Notes under the pieces: generated by a model
Databases searched by the model: none
The model's input: only the letters and a program-made list of their open reading frames with translations
Told to the model about the DNA's origin: nothing
Position numbers and translations under genes: made by a program
Shown here: piece after piece, positions 44,487 through 55,041 of the stretch
Layout: each line of letters opens with the position of its first letter
How positions within the stretch are numbered: position 1 is the first letter of the stretch
Assembly: GCA_026710545.1 (NCBI GenBank)
Contig: JAPOQU010000108.1
Location: forward strand, 8,196-72,195
Origin: Gammaproteobacteria bacterium
GTDB lineage: Bacteria; Pseudomonadota; Gammaproteobacteria; Eutrophobiales; Eutrophobiaceae
Direction of reading: 5' to 3'
Length of the DNA: 64,000 nucleotides

Positions 44487-44628
44487 TTAACATGGATGTA
44501 CAGGATATACAGGATTATATTGGTAAGGTTCAGTGACCACTTCCTGTGCCCTGCCAGGTTCCTCCGGTTACTATAACCTCGCTGCTTATGAATTAAAATA
44601 TCCTGTTTATCCTGTACATCCATGTTAA
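44487..44628. mobile_element. MITE-like element with 29-bp terminal inverted repeats built of CAGGAT 9-mers
   Basis: TTAACATGGATGTACAGGATATACAGGAT (44487-44515) versus ATCCTGTTTATCCTGTACATCCATGTTAA (44600-44628), 28/29 complementary; 84-nt interior; relic copy at 1315. Mobility is inferred, not shown. Confidence 0.6.
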
Positions 44629-45926
44629 TTATCTTTCATACGCAGTTCGGCAGAACGGGCATGGGCAGTCAGCCCCTCAGCGCGGGCCAGCACTGTTGCG
44701 GTGCGGGCAAGGCTTGCGGCAGACGCGGCGTTGCAATCGATGAGCGATGAGCGCTTCTGGAAATCATAAACACCCAGTGGGGACGAGAATCTTGCGGTTC
44801 TGCCGGTGGGCAGCACATGGTTTGGACCTGCGCAATAATCTCCTATTGCTTCTGCGGCAAAATGCCCCAGGAAGATCGCACCGGCGTGCCTGATACCGGC
44901 CAGGTAGCTGTCCGGTTCCCGTACGGCCAGTTCCAGGTGCTCCGGCGCCAGCCGGTTCACGATAGCGCACGCCTGTTCGATATTCCCTGCCCGGATCAAC
45001 GCACCGTTGTTTTCCAGCGAAGCGCGGATTATGGCGGCGCGTTCCATCTGTCCGATTTGCCGGTTGATTGAGTTTTCAACCCTTTCCGGCAGGCTTGCGT
45101 CGGTGGTCACCAGGATGGCCCTGGCGTCCTCGTCGTGCTCTGCCTGTGCGAACATATCCATGCTGATCCAGTCCGGGTCTGCGCTCTCGTCAGCAACAAT
45201 GACAACCTCGGAAGGGCCGGCGATCATATCTATGCCGACAACGCCGAATACCAGCCGTTTGGCTGCGGCCACGTAACGGTTTCCCGGTCCGACGATCTTG
45301 TCGACCGCGGGGACGGGACCGGCGCCGTAGGCAAGGGCGGCGATAGCCTGGGCGCCGCCGATGCTGAACACCCGGTCGACACCCGCCACTCGTGCCGCCG
45401 CCATGACGACAGGGTTGATCTCGTCATTTACGGCGGGAACAACCATGATTATTTCCGGGACGCCCGCGACTTTAGCCGGTATTGCATTCATCAAAACCGA
45501 CGACGGGTAAGCCGCCTTGCCACCGGGAACGTAGATACCGACCTTGTCCAGGGGTGTAATCCGCTGACCCAGGGTCGAACCGTCCTGGTCCTGGTAAGAC
45601 CAGGAACGGCCTTTCTGATGCTGGTGGTAATCGCGTATCCGCGCCGCGGCGTGTTCCAGGGCCCGGAGCGTGTCATCCGCGACGGCCGTCAGGGCCTGTT
45701 GCAGTGCTGCATCTGTCACTTCCAGGTCGCCGGGCCCGATACGCCGATGGTCTAACCGGTTGGTGTATTCCACCAGGGCAGCGACACCGTTGTCCCTGAC
45801 GTTATTCAGGATAGCGGAGACGGTCGCGGTCAATTCCGGGTCCAGGGTTTCATTGCCGGACAGCAGTTGTGTAAAACGGCTCTCAAACTCCGGGTCGGAA
45901 TCGGCCAGCCTGGTAATGCGCATCAT
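44625..45926 (-). CDS. hisD: histidinol dehydrogenase
   Basis: [31 protein letters not shown] and [13 protein letters not shown] motifs. Confidence 0.96.
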   Translation of the reverse strand: MMRITRLADSDPEFESRFTQLLSGNETLDPELTATVSAILNNVRDNGVAALVEYTNRLDHRRIGPGDLEVTDAALQQALTAVADDTLRALEHAAARIRDYHQHQKGRSWSYQDQDGSTLGQRITPLDKVGIYVPGGKAAYPSSVLMNAIPAKVAGVPEIIMVVPAVNDEINPVVMAAARVAGVDRVFSIGGAQAIAALAYGAGPVPAVDKIVGPGNRYVAAAKRLVFGVVGIDMIAGPSEVVIVADESADPDWISMDMFAQAEHDEDARAILVTTDASLPERVENSINRQIGQMERAAIIRASLENNGALIRAGNIEQACAIVNRLAPEHLELAVREPDSYLAGIRHAGAIFLGHFAAEAIGDYCAGPNHVLPTGRTARFSSPLGVYDFQKRSSLIDCNAASAASLARTATVLARAEGLTAHARSAELRMKDN

Positions 45927-46555
45927 TCTGATACGGCCCCGGCAATGCGTCTTATGAGCGGCTTTATCAGCTCCTGTTTCATTTTCATGGCGGCCTTGTT
46001 GACAATGAGGCGGGAACTGATATCCGCGATGTTTTCCAGCGCGGCCAAGCCGTTCTCTTTCAGGGTATTCCCCGTATTCACAAGGTCGACAATCAGATCG
46101 GACAACCCCAGCACCGGGGCGAGTTCCATGGAACCGTACAGTTTGATGATCTCAACCTGTTGTCCTCTTTCGGCAAAAAAGTTCCGGGTTGTCATAACGT
46201 ACTTGGTAGCGATGCGTAAACGCCCCGTCATCGCTGTCGCATCCCTGGGCCCTGCCAGCATCATGCGGCAACGGGCGATCTTCAGGTCCAGCGGTTCATA
46301 AAGGTTGTCGCTCTCACATTCCATCAGCACGTCTTTCCCGGCAATGCCGAGATCGGCGCCGCCGTTCAGCACGTAGGTAGGCACGTCAGCCGCACGGATG
46401 ACGATTAACCTGACCCCCTCCTGGTTGGTTTCAAAAATGAGCTTGCGGGTCGTGTCGGGGTCATCGAGGGGACGCACACCGGCGCGCGCAAGCAACGGCA
46501 AAGACTCGTCCAGAATCCGCCCCTTTGAAACTGCAATAGTAATCCCGTCTGTCAT
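45923..46555 (-). CDS. hisG: ATP phosphoribosyltransferase, short form (needs HisZ)
   Basis: [20 protein letters not shown] and LYGSMELAP motifs; 210 aa without the regulatory domain. Confidence 0.95.
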   Translation of the reverse strand: MTDGITIAVSKGRILDESLPLLARAGVRPLDDPDTTRKLIFETNQEGVRLIVIRAADVPTYVLNGGADLGIAGKDVLMECESDNLYEPLDLKIARCRMMLAGPRDATAMTGRLRIATKYVMTTRNFFAERGQQVEIIKLYGSMELAPVLGLSDLIVDLVNTGNTLKENGLAALENIADISSRLIVNKAAMKMKQELIKPLIRRIAGAVSE

Positions 46556-46642
46556 AATATTTGGGGTCAGAGTAAAAATACGGCAATTAAGTATGCGGTA
46601 TTGAGCTATTATTGTGTATTTTTACTCTGACCCCAAATATTA
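46555..46642. repeat. GGGGTCAGAG inverted repeat with 27-bp perfect arms
   Basis: TAATATTTGGGGTCAGAGTAAAAATAC (46555-46581), a 34-nt loop, then GTATTTTTACTCTGACCCCAAATATTA (46616-46642). Confidence 0.92.
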
Positions 46643-46653
46643 CTGGCCCCAAC

Positions 46654-47916
<1,263 letters not shown>

Positions 47917-48177
47917 TTACGTTGCTGAGATTACACGAAAAGGGCTCTTCTTCTTCCACTGTTCCGGCGTATAGGTTTGTATGGAGAGCGCATGGATGTC
48001 TGTTCCCATTTTGTCGCCCAGCGCCTTGTAGACCACCTGGTGTTGCTGGACCATGTTTTTTCCGGCAAAAACATCGCTTACGATAATTGCCGTAAAGTGT
48101 GTTCCATCACCTTCCACCTCGACCACACTGTCAGGTACGCCGGCTTCGATGAGTCTTGTGATATCTTCAACCTGCAT
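47917..48177 (-). CDS. ibaG: BolA/IbaG family protein
   Basis: GDGTHF, QHQVVY and IHALSIQTYTP motifs; upstream of murA. Confidence 0.85.
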   Translation of the reverse strand: MQVEDITRLIEAGVPDSVVEVEGDGTHFTAIIVSDVFAGKNMVQQHQVVYKALGDKMGTDIHALSIQTYTPEQWKKKSPFRVISAT

Positions 48178-48207
48178 CGTGTTCCCCGGGATAAATGCAG
48201 TTGAACG

Positions 48208-48837
48208 CTATGTTTCCTCGGTCAATGACCGCTCCAGCGTCTCGTTTTTGTCAACGAGCTTTTGCAGCAGTGATTCGAGGCCGTTATTGCGAATTTCGGA
48301 GGCAAACGATTTCCGGTAGGTCTCCACCAGGCTGATCCCCTCAAAGGCGACGTTCACCACTTTCCAGCTGCCGTCGCTGATATGCATGGTGTAGTTGACC
48401 GGTGTGACACCGGCGTCCGAGATTATCTGGGTCTTCACCATCACGATGTTGGGTTTGGAGCCTGTCAGGGTCTCCAGGTAATTGACCTTCTCGTTGGTAA
48501 ACCCCAGCACCGCCTTGGCATAGGTACGCACCAGCAGGTCCTTGAATTCAGAGGTGAAGACACCTCGCTGTTCTTCGTTGGCCTGCTTCCAGTACTTGCC
48601 CAGTATCCACCTGGACATATTGTGGAAATCGAAGACGGGGATAATCAGGTCATTAATCAGGCCATAAACTGTCTCCGGTTGCGCATCCAGCATTTCCCTT
48701 TCCGCGGTTATGCGTGCGATCACGTTATCGACGGTACTGAGTATGACGTCTTCCGGTTTTTCTATGTCCTGCGCCGGCGCCGTGGCGGTCAACAACGGCA
48801 ACAGCAATATCACAAAAATGCCAACTTTCCGCTTCAT
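48208..48837 (-). CDS. mlaC: MlaC/Ttg2D phospholipid-binding periplasmic protein
   Basis: Signal peptide; FDFHNMSRWILGKYW, LLVRTY and WKVVNVAFEGISLV motifs; AGGAG SD. Confidence 0.85.
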   Translation of the reverse strand: MKRKVGIFVILLLPLLTATAPAQDIEKPEDVILSTVDNVIARITAEREMLDAQPETVYGLINDLIIPVFDFHNMSRWILGKYWKQANEEQRGVFTSEFKDLLVRTYAKAVLGFTNEKVNYLETLTGSKPNIVMVKTQIISDAGVTPVNYTMHISDGSWKVVNVAFEGISLVETYRKSFASEIRNNGLESLLQKLVDKNETLERSLTEET

Positions 48838-48903
48838 GGTTAGATTACTCCTGATTGAATAAGTATGGGACTAAACCCCGTATTCTAATTTGATCCTGAC
48901 AAT

Positions 48904-48931
48904 TGAGAAAGAATTAATTTGGTAAAGTTCC
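48904..48931 (-). promoter_or_regulatory. putative sigmaE (RpoE/AlgU) promoter upstream of mlaC
   Basis: Minus strand reads GGAACTT, 16 nt, TCTCA. Confidence 0.55.
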
Positions 48932-48942
48932 CAAATGTCCAT

Positions 48943-48971
48943 ATCTGCGTTAATCTGCGTCATCTGCGGAT
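48943..48971. repeat. ATCTGCG triad (copy 1), overlapping the MMPL stop codon
   Basis: ATCTGCGTTA ATCTGCGTC ATCTGCGGAT; 28/29 identical to 60155-60183. Confidence 0.9.
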
Positions 48972-51466
48972 TGGAACGGGCGGAATATCAGGATCAGTTT
49001 CGGCAACAGGGTCAGCGCCGCCAGCAATGCAATGAACATGGCCAGGGCGGTGAGCAGGCCGAAGTAGATTGTCGGTATGAAATTGGACATCACCAGGATT
49101 GAAAAACCGATGATGATGGTTATCGCCGTATAAAAAACGGCCCGGCCGATGTTGGCATGGCAATAATGGAGCGTCGCCACGTAGTCGGCCTTACCGGGAT
49201 ATTCCTCGCGGAAGCGGTAGATGTAATGGATGCTGTTATCCACTGCGATGCCGATGGTGATGGCGGCGATGGTAATCGTCATCATATCCAGGGGGATATC
49301 CAGGATGCCCATCAGCCCCAGTATGATGCCGGCGGCCAGGATATTCGGCAGGATGCCGATGAGCGCAAGTGAGACGGAACGGAACAGGACCAGGAGCATC
49401 AGGGCAATGCCAAGCATCACGACTCCCAGGGTTTCTATCTGGGAGCTGAACAGGCTTTGCAACATGTTGTTGTACAGCACCATCATGCCGCTGACCTGGT
49501 ATTCATCCTCGGTCAGCCCCAGTTCCGTGCGCAGGTCTTCATCAATTTTTTCCAGGAATTGCTTGCGCCGCAGGTCCGGCAGGGAATCCAGGATGCGCAT
49601 GTTGATGCGGGCTTCGTTATCGTCAATGGAGATGTACGGATCGATCAGTTGCTCCTTTACCTCATCCGGTAATTTCTTGTTGATGACCGCCAGTTCAAAG
49701 GCGTCGAACTCCTCACCCTGGTTCAGGTCTTCGGCCAGGCGCAGCAGCGAAGCCAGCGATTGTACCTTGCCCACTGCCTGCAGGCTGTCCAGGTAGTCGT
49801 GGACCGCCTTGATGCGGTCGATCTTGTAGGCGGTGAACCAGGCATCCGCCGGGTCGGCAGGTTCCTCATCGAAGCCGCCGAACAGGTCGTCCAGGTCTTC
49901 GAAGTCATCATCCCCTTCCAGCGCTTCCTCCTCTTCTTCTCCATACTCCTTGACCGGGTCGAATGTCAGTGTCACATCCAGGGGCGCGGTGCCGCCCAGT
50001 TCGTCATCGATCAGTTTCAGTCCCTGGTATATTTCCGTTTCATCGCTGAAGTAATTGACGAAACTGTTCTCCACTTTGAGCCGGGATACACCGTAAAGGC
50101 TGAGACCGGCAAGCAACAGCGCGATCACGACCACGCCGTTACCGTATCGTTCGGTGGTCCTTGCCAGGGCTGCGGTAAACGGCACTTCCTGTTTACCGGG
50201 AGACGTGACCCTCTTGTCCAGGGATATCAGGATGACCGGGAACAGCAGGAAGGAAGTCAGGAAGGTAACGCTGAGTCCCAGGGTCATCATCCAGCCGAAA
50301 TCGATCACCGGTTTTATGTCGCTGACCACCAGCGACCCAAATCCTATCATGGTTGTCAGCGCGGTATACAGGCAGGGCCAGACCATGCGCCGGACCGTGT
50401 TGGACACCAGTTCCGCCTGGCTCTGGCCGGCAAAGTCACGGCTCAGTTGCCGGTAACGTACTATCAGGTGCACGTTCATCGACATGGTAAGAATGAGCAT
50501 CAGGGAGATGAAATTGGACGAAATCACCGTGACCGGCCAGCCGATGAGGCCCAGCAATCCCATCATGATAACCACTGCGAACACGCAACTGCACAGGGGC
50601 AGCATGACGAAGCGGGCTTGCCGGAATATGATCGACAACATGATAACCAGGAAGGCGAATACGCCGGCGCCGAACACCACCAGGTCGTTCTTGATGAAGG
50701 TGATCATGTCGTCCGCAATCATGGGAATACCGCCCAGGTAGAGAGAGCCCTGATCGCGGTAGCGGTCCATCACCGCACGGGTCGCCGCCACGGTTTCGTG
50801 ATTGGCCCTGGTGATCTCGTCCTTGATATCATCGTAGCGTTCCAGGGTGTCTGCCAGTTCCACTTGTTCGGCTTCAGTCAGGCCCTCGTTGTCCTGTTTG
50901 GCCAGCAGTTCGTTTTTCTTTTTCTGTGCTTCGCTAAAGATAACCTTGTTTTTCAGGTTGACCTGCAGCGCGGTGGTCCCGCCATCAGCACTGATAAGCA
51001 GGTCAAGGAATACGGGGCTGGCCAGCAGTTCTGCGCGGGCAAGGTCCCGGTCTACGGTCGGGTCCTCCAGGGTGCGATAGTTTGTGGCTACCTCAGCCAG
51101 TTTACCGCCGACGATTTTAACCAGCGGGGCATCGATTAACGAGAACACGGATTCAACACCCGGCAGCGCTTTCAAATCCTCCCGCAAGCGGAGGATCGCT
51201 TCCAGCGACGAGTCAGAAAACAGGTCCGCGTGGGGCGTGAACGTGACGACCAGGAACTCCGCCGTCTCGTAGCGCTTGTTCATCTCGCGCAAAATGCGCA
51301 GGTCTTTATCGTGCTCCAGGATGAGGGTGTCGGTGGAGGCATCCAGTTTGAAGTCCCGGGAGTGCCAGGCAAAGAAAGAAAATATGGCGAGGAGCGCCAA
51401 CAGGACCAGTCTGGGCCGCCCGAGGATATAGCGGTCGTAGAGGACAGTTATCCGGTTTATCAACAC
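48950..51466 (-). CDS. MMPL/RND superfamily transporter (probable lipid exporter)
   Basis: Two repeats of TM, periplasmic domain and TM bundle; IGIAVDNSIH, TTMIGFGSL and IIIGFSIL motifs; acidic linker. Confidence 0.88.
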   Translation of the reverse strand: MLINRITVLYDRYILGRPRLVLLALLAIFSFFAWHSRDFKLDASTDTLILEHDKDLRILREMNKRYETAEFLVVTFTPHADLFSDSSLEAILRLREDLKALPGVESVFSLIDAPLVKIVGGKLAEVATNYRTLEDPTVDRDLARAELLASPVFLDLLISADGGTTALQVNLKNKVIFSEAQKKKNELLAKQDNEGLTEAEQVELADTLERYDDIKDEITRANHETVAATRAVMDRYRDQGSLYLGGIPMIADDMITFIKNDLVVFGAGVFAFLVIMLSIIFRQARFVMLPLCSCVFAVVIMMGLLGLIGWPVTVISSNFISLMLILTMSMNVHLIVRYRQLSRDFAGQSQAELVSNTVRRMVWPCLYTALTTMIGFGSLVVSDIKPVIDFGWMMTLGLSVTFLTSFLLFPVILISLDKRVTSPGKQEVPFTAALARTTERYGNGVVVIALLLAGLSLYGVSRLKVENSFVNYFSDETEIYQGLKLIDDELGGTAPLDVTLTFDPVKEYGEEEEEALEGDDDFEDLDDLFGGFDEEPADPADAWFTAYKIDRIKAVHDYLDSLQAVGKVQSLASLLRLAEDLNQGEEFDAFELAVINKKLPDEVKEQLIDPYISIDDNEARINMRILDSLPDLRRKQFLEKIDEDLRTELGLTEDEYQVSGMMVLYNNMLQSLFSSQIETLGVVMLGIALMLLVLFRSVSLALIGILPNILAAGIILGLMGILDIPLDMMTITIAAITIGIAVDNSIHYIYRFREEYPGKADYVATLHYCHANIGRAVFYTAITIIIGFSILVMSNFIPTIYFGLLTALAMFIALLAALTLLPKLILIFRPFQSADDAD

Positions 51467-51472
51467 GATATT

Positions 51473-51548
51473 AATTAAGAATTACGAATTACGAATTGGA
51501 ACACTGCCGCAGGCGGCACATTCATTCCTAATTCCTGATGTTTAATTC
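51473..51548. repeat. heptamer array, inner GC hairpin and degenerate inverted array
   Basis: AATTAAG AATTACG AATTACG AATTGG (51473-51499); TGCCGC-AG-GCGGCA (51505-51518); then ATTCCTAATTCCTGATGTTTAATTC. Confidence 0.82.
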
Positions 51549-51614
51549 AACCATTATACGTGGTTATCTGCCTCATGCTAAACTAGCGGCTAATCCAGGT
51601 AAAGAGATACTGAT

Positions 51615-52028
51615 ATGTACAGACTGATCATCCTCATCCTCGCGCTCTGCGCGCTGCCCGGTCATGCCCAGGAGAGAACGCCGGCGCCCGATAATGCAGC
51701 ACTCTATTTCATCTCGCCTGCCGACGGGGCGACGTTATCGAACCCGATCACTGTCCGCTTCGGCCTGAACAACATGGGCGTCGCGCCCGCGGGGATCAAA
51801 TACGACGATACCGGCCATCACCATCTGCTGGTGGATACGGAATTGCCCTCCCTCGACTTTCCGATTATCAACGATGAAAACCACCTCCACTTCGGCAAGG
51901 GACAGACCGAAGCCACCCTGGAGTTAGCTCCGGGGGAACACACCCTGCAACTGTTGCTGGGTGATTTTGCCCATATCCCCCATGAACCCGCCGTGATGTC
52001 CGAGCGGATAACGATAACAGTCGAATAA
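51615..52028 (+). CDS. DUF4399 domain secreted protein
   Basis: Signal peptide; GHHHLLVD, HLHFGKGQTE and GEHTLQLLLGD motifs. Confidence 0.85.
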   Translation: MYRLIILILALCALPGHAQERTPAPDNAALYFISPADGATLSNPITVRFGLNNMGVAPAGIKYDDTGHHHLLVDTELPSLDFPIINDENHLHFGKGQTEATLELAPGEHTLQLLLGDFAHIPHEPAVMSERITITVE

Positions 52029-52037
52029 CAGGCATTC

Positions 52038-52062
52038 CATTCCTGCACACGCAGGAACCCAG
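52038..52062. repeat. dRS3-like short palindrome between convergent genes
   Basis: CATTCCTGC-ACAC-GCAGGAACCCAG, with the same geometry as ATTCCC-N8-GGGAAT. Confidence 0.55.
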
Positions 52063-52063
52063 G

Positions 52064-52666
52064 TTATACAGGCAGCTTGATCTCGCCGCTGATAACGCGC
52101 GCTATGGTGTCCACGTAGAGTTCGTGCTCGACTGCAAGTACCCGCTTGGCCAGGGTATCTGCGGTATCGGACGTTTTTACCCTCACTTTCTTCTGCGCCA
52201 GGATCGGGCCGTGGTCGTAAATCGGATCCACCACATGGACTGTCACGCCGGTCTCCCGGGCGCCCGCAGCAAGCACGGCTTCGTGCACGCGCCGGCCGTA
52301 CATACCCTGGCCGCCGTACTCCGGTAACAGGCCGGGATGGATATTTATGATGTGACCGGGGAATGTAGCCAGTGTGACCGGGCCGATTTTCTTCATGTAG
52401 CCGGCAAGGATGACCAGGTTGACGTCATGGTTGAGCAGGGTGTCGACGATTTCCCGGTCCAGGTCCTCCGCTTCCGGGTGGGTGCGGCCGCTCAGGTGAA
52501 ACCAGGGAATAGTTTCATTGCGGGCCCGTTCCAGGGCGCCGGAATCCCCGTTGTTGCTGATTACGACCGCGGGGTTGGCGTCAAGCCTGCCCGCGCGGCA
52601 GGCATCGATGACAGCCTGCATGTTCGACCCGTTGTGAGATGCAAGAAATCCGAGGTTCAGCGCCAC
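52064..52666 (-). CDS. purN: phosphoribosylglycinamide formyltransferase
   Basis: GSNMQA, LAGYM, INIHPGLLP, GVTVH and EHELY motifs. Confidence 0.92.
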   Translation of the reverse strand: MALNLGFLASHNGSNMQAVIDACRAGRLDANPAVVISNNGDSGALERARNETIPWFHLSGRTHPEAEDLDREIVDTLLNHDVNLVILAGYMKKIGPVTLATFPGHIINIHPGLLPEYGGQGMYGRRVHEAVLAAGARETGVTVHVVDPIYDHGPILAQKKVRVKTSDTADTLAKRVLAVEHELYVDTIARVISGEIKLPV

Positions 52667-52696
52667 CTTCTTCGTACCCTGAGGGAATTATCCCGG

Positions 52697-52822
52697 TTAA
52701 CTGTCGTCCACGACGGCCGTTTCGTATCCCTGCTGTTGCAGTATGCGCGGCAGCGTTGCCTGGCTGCCGTCGAATACGTCCCCGTTGCCTCGCACCCCGT
52801 TCCGGCGGCTGAAGGGTCGCAT
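52697..52822 (-). pseudogene. 41-codon ORF resembling an internal sulfatase fragment
   Basis: Manual translation gives MRPFSRRNGVRGNGDVFDGSQATLPRILQQQGYETAVVDDS, resembling the sulfatase segment that precedes GKWHL. Confidence 0.6.
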
Positions 52823-52830
52823 TGTCCCTG

Positions 52831-53979
52831 CTACCCTGGCGGGGGTTTTATACTGAACCCCAGCGCCGAAAGTGTTTCGCGGATCACGCCTTGATTATCG
52901 GACAAGGCAACCCGTAATGCCGGGAATTCCCGCCTGGATGGGTACTCCGTCCTCAGGGAATTAAACATAGCGCCCCGTTTATGCGGTTCTGTTTCCGCCA
53001 ACCCTTTCAGTGCCGCGCAATCGCTGCGTACGTCATAACTGGCAAGTACCGCGGTGCGGACCGCGTCCGCTACTCCGTCGAACCCGGACAGGTTTAATTC
53101 GGCATCTTCATCCGCCAATATTACAACAGCTGCCGTTGCGTCCACGTCAAAGTACCCGCAAACCTGCTCATACACCCGTCGCGTCGCATTCAGTCTTGCC
53201 TGGGCACTGTAACCGGCGATATGGGGGGTTGCCAGCGCCGCCAGTGCGAACAACTCGTCGTTGATATCAGGTTCGTTATCCCAGACATCCAAAACCAGCC
53301 GGCACGCGCCGTTGTCCCGGGCAAAATCGACCAGATCGCGCTCGTTCACGACACCACCCCGTGCGGTGTTGACAAATATCACGTCATTCTTGAGCCTGCC
53401 CAGAAACTGCCGGTCAACCATGTGCGCGCTGGGATACTCGCCTGCCGTCGTCAACGGGACATGCAGGGTAATAATATCCGAGGACAGTACGCTATCCAGG
53501 TCGCGGAAAACGAAGCGGCCGTTTTCATCCCTGATGAACGGATCGTAAACCTGTGTCTCCATACCTGTGACGTGCAGCAGGGAGCGCAGCCGCGCCCCCA
53601 CGTGGCCGCAGCCGATGATGCCTGCCGTTTTGCCTTCCAGTCCGATGCCGAATTGTTCCGACAATACGAACAGGCAACTCAACACGTACTCGGCCACCGA
53701 GTTGGCGTTGCAACCTTTGGCATTGAACAGGGGAACAGCCCGGGTGTCCAGGTAGCCGGTGTCCACGTGGTCGGTACCGCTGGAGTTGCTGGCAACACAT
53801 TTGACCCGTGAACCGTTGAGCAGGTGTTCGTCAACCCGGGTCACGGAGCGGATAACAAGGCAGTCGGCATCCCTGACCGATTCAGGCGTGATGTCCTTGC
53901 TGTCAAGCGGGACGACTTCACCCAGGGTGGAAAAGAAGCGCCTGGCGTAGGGAATGGCCTTGTCGGCGACGATTTTCAT
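52831..53979 (-). CDS. pdxB: erythronate-4-phosphate dehydrogenase
   Basis: MKIVAD, IRSVTRV, GCNANSVAEYV, TLHVPLT, LDVWDNEP and TPHIAGYS motifs. Confidence 0.93.
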   Translation of the reverse strand: MKIVADKAIPYARRFFSTLGEVVPLDSKDITPESVRDADCLVIRSVTRVDEHLLNGSRVKCVASNSSGTDHVDTGYLDTRAVPLFNAKGCNANSVAEYVLSCLFVLSEQFGIGLEGKTAGIIGCGHVGARLRSLLHVTGMETQVYDPFIRDENGRFVFRDLDSVLSSDIITLHVPLTTAGEYPSAHMVDRQFLGRLKNDVIFVNTARGGVVNERDLVDFARDNGACRLVLDVWDNEPDINDELFALAALATPHIAGYSAQARLNATRRVYEQVCGYFDVDATAAVVILADEDAELNLSGFDGVADAVRTAVLASYDVRSDCAALKGLAETEPHKRGAMFNSLRTEYPSRREFPALRVALSDNQGVIRETLSALGFSIKPPPG

Positions 53980-53993
53980 GTCAGAGAGCAGCA

Positions 53994-54018
53994 GGGGACA
54001 GAATTAAATTCTGTCCCC
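53994..54018. repeat. GGGGACAGAATT palindrome (copy 1)
   Basis: GGGGACAGAATT-A-AATTCTGTCCCC. Confidence 0.92.
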
Positions 54019-54030
54019 CTTCACAGTCTT

Positions 54031-54945
54031 TTACTCTTCTTTTTCAACCGGCATCAAGTCCTGCTTGCTGATACCCAGCGCCAGGGTGACCGGGCTGGCA
54101 ACGTAGATGGAAGAATAAGTGCCGATGATAACGCCGACTATCAACGCGGCGGAAAACGGCCGGATGATCTCGCCTCCGAACAGGAACAGGGCGGTCAGTA
54201 CCAGCAGGGTTGTCAGGGACGTCATAAGAGTACGGCTGAGCGTCTGGTTCAAGGAGGCATTGACGATATCCACCGGCGACCCCTTGCGTATGCGCCGGAA
54301 ATTTTCCCGGATCCGGTCAAAAACGACGATGGTGTCATTGAGAGAATAGCCGATGACCGCCAGCAGAGCGGCCAGCACGGTCAAATCAAAGTCCAGTTGC
54401 AGGACGGAAAAGAAGCCGATGGTAATGGTGACGTCGTGCACCAGGGCGGCGATGGCGCCGACGGAAAAGAGGCGCTGAAAGCGGAACGCGATATAGATAA
54501 AGATCATGATCAGCGCATAGATCATCGCCAGTCCGCCGTCTTCCTGCAGGTCTTCACCCACCTGGGGTCCGACAAACTCCACGCGCCGTATCTCTACGGA
54601 TTGGCCCGACTGTTTCAGCACATCGATAATCTCGTTGCTGATATCTGCGCTGTTCTTGCCTTCGACCTGGGCGACCCGAATCAATATGTCCTGCGCGGAG
54701 CCGAAATACTGCACGACCGCATCGCTGAACTGGGTAGCAGACAGCACGTGCCGCACCTGGTCCAGTTCAACGGTTTCCCCGTAACCTGCCTCCACCAGGG
54801 TGCCGCCGGTAAAATCGATACCGAAATTGAGTTTCTGCGTGAACAGGGATAACAGTGAAATACTGATAAGCGCGGCCGAGAAGACAACCGCGATCCTGCG
54901 CTTGCCCATAAAATCGAAATTGAATCTTTGCGTCGGTTCAGCCAT
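54031..54945 (-). CDS. secF: protein translocase subunit SecF
   Basis: GIDFTGG, VGPQVG, GYSLNDTIVVFDRIREN and GTYSSIY motifs. Confidence 0.96.
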   Translation of the reverse strand: MAEPTQRFNFDFMGKRRIAVVFSAALISISLLSLFTQKLNFGIDFTGGTLVEAGYGETVELDQVRHVLSATQFSDAVVQYFGSAQDILIRVAQVEGKNSADISNEIIDVLKQSGQSVEIRRVEFVGPQVGEDLQEDGGLAMIYALIMIFIYIAFRFQRLFSVGAIAALVHDVTITIGFFSVLQLDFDLTVLAALLAVIGYSLNDTIVVFDRIRENFRRIRKGSPVDIVNASLNQTLSRTLMTSLTTLLVLTALFLFGGEIIRPFSAALIVGVIIGTYSSIYVASPVTLALGISKQDLMPVEKEE

Positions 54946-54966
54946 ATCAATCGTCGTAGCGCTTTC

Positions 54967-54991
54967 GGGGACAGAATTTAATTCTGTCCCC
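54967..54991. repeat. GGGGACAGAATT palindrome (copy 2)
   Basis: GGGGACAGAATT-T-AATTCTGTCCCC, the exact reverse complement of copy 1. Confidence 0.92.
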
Positions 54992-55041
54992 TTCCGGTTC
55001 TGTCCGTTCTCCTCGTCGTTCTAAAACGTTCAATTCTTTTC

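Noticed and set aside
46556-46653. Classical his attenuator
   Set aside because: There is no His-codon leader peptide or U-tailed terminator, and the stem belongs to a dispersed palindrome family.
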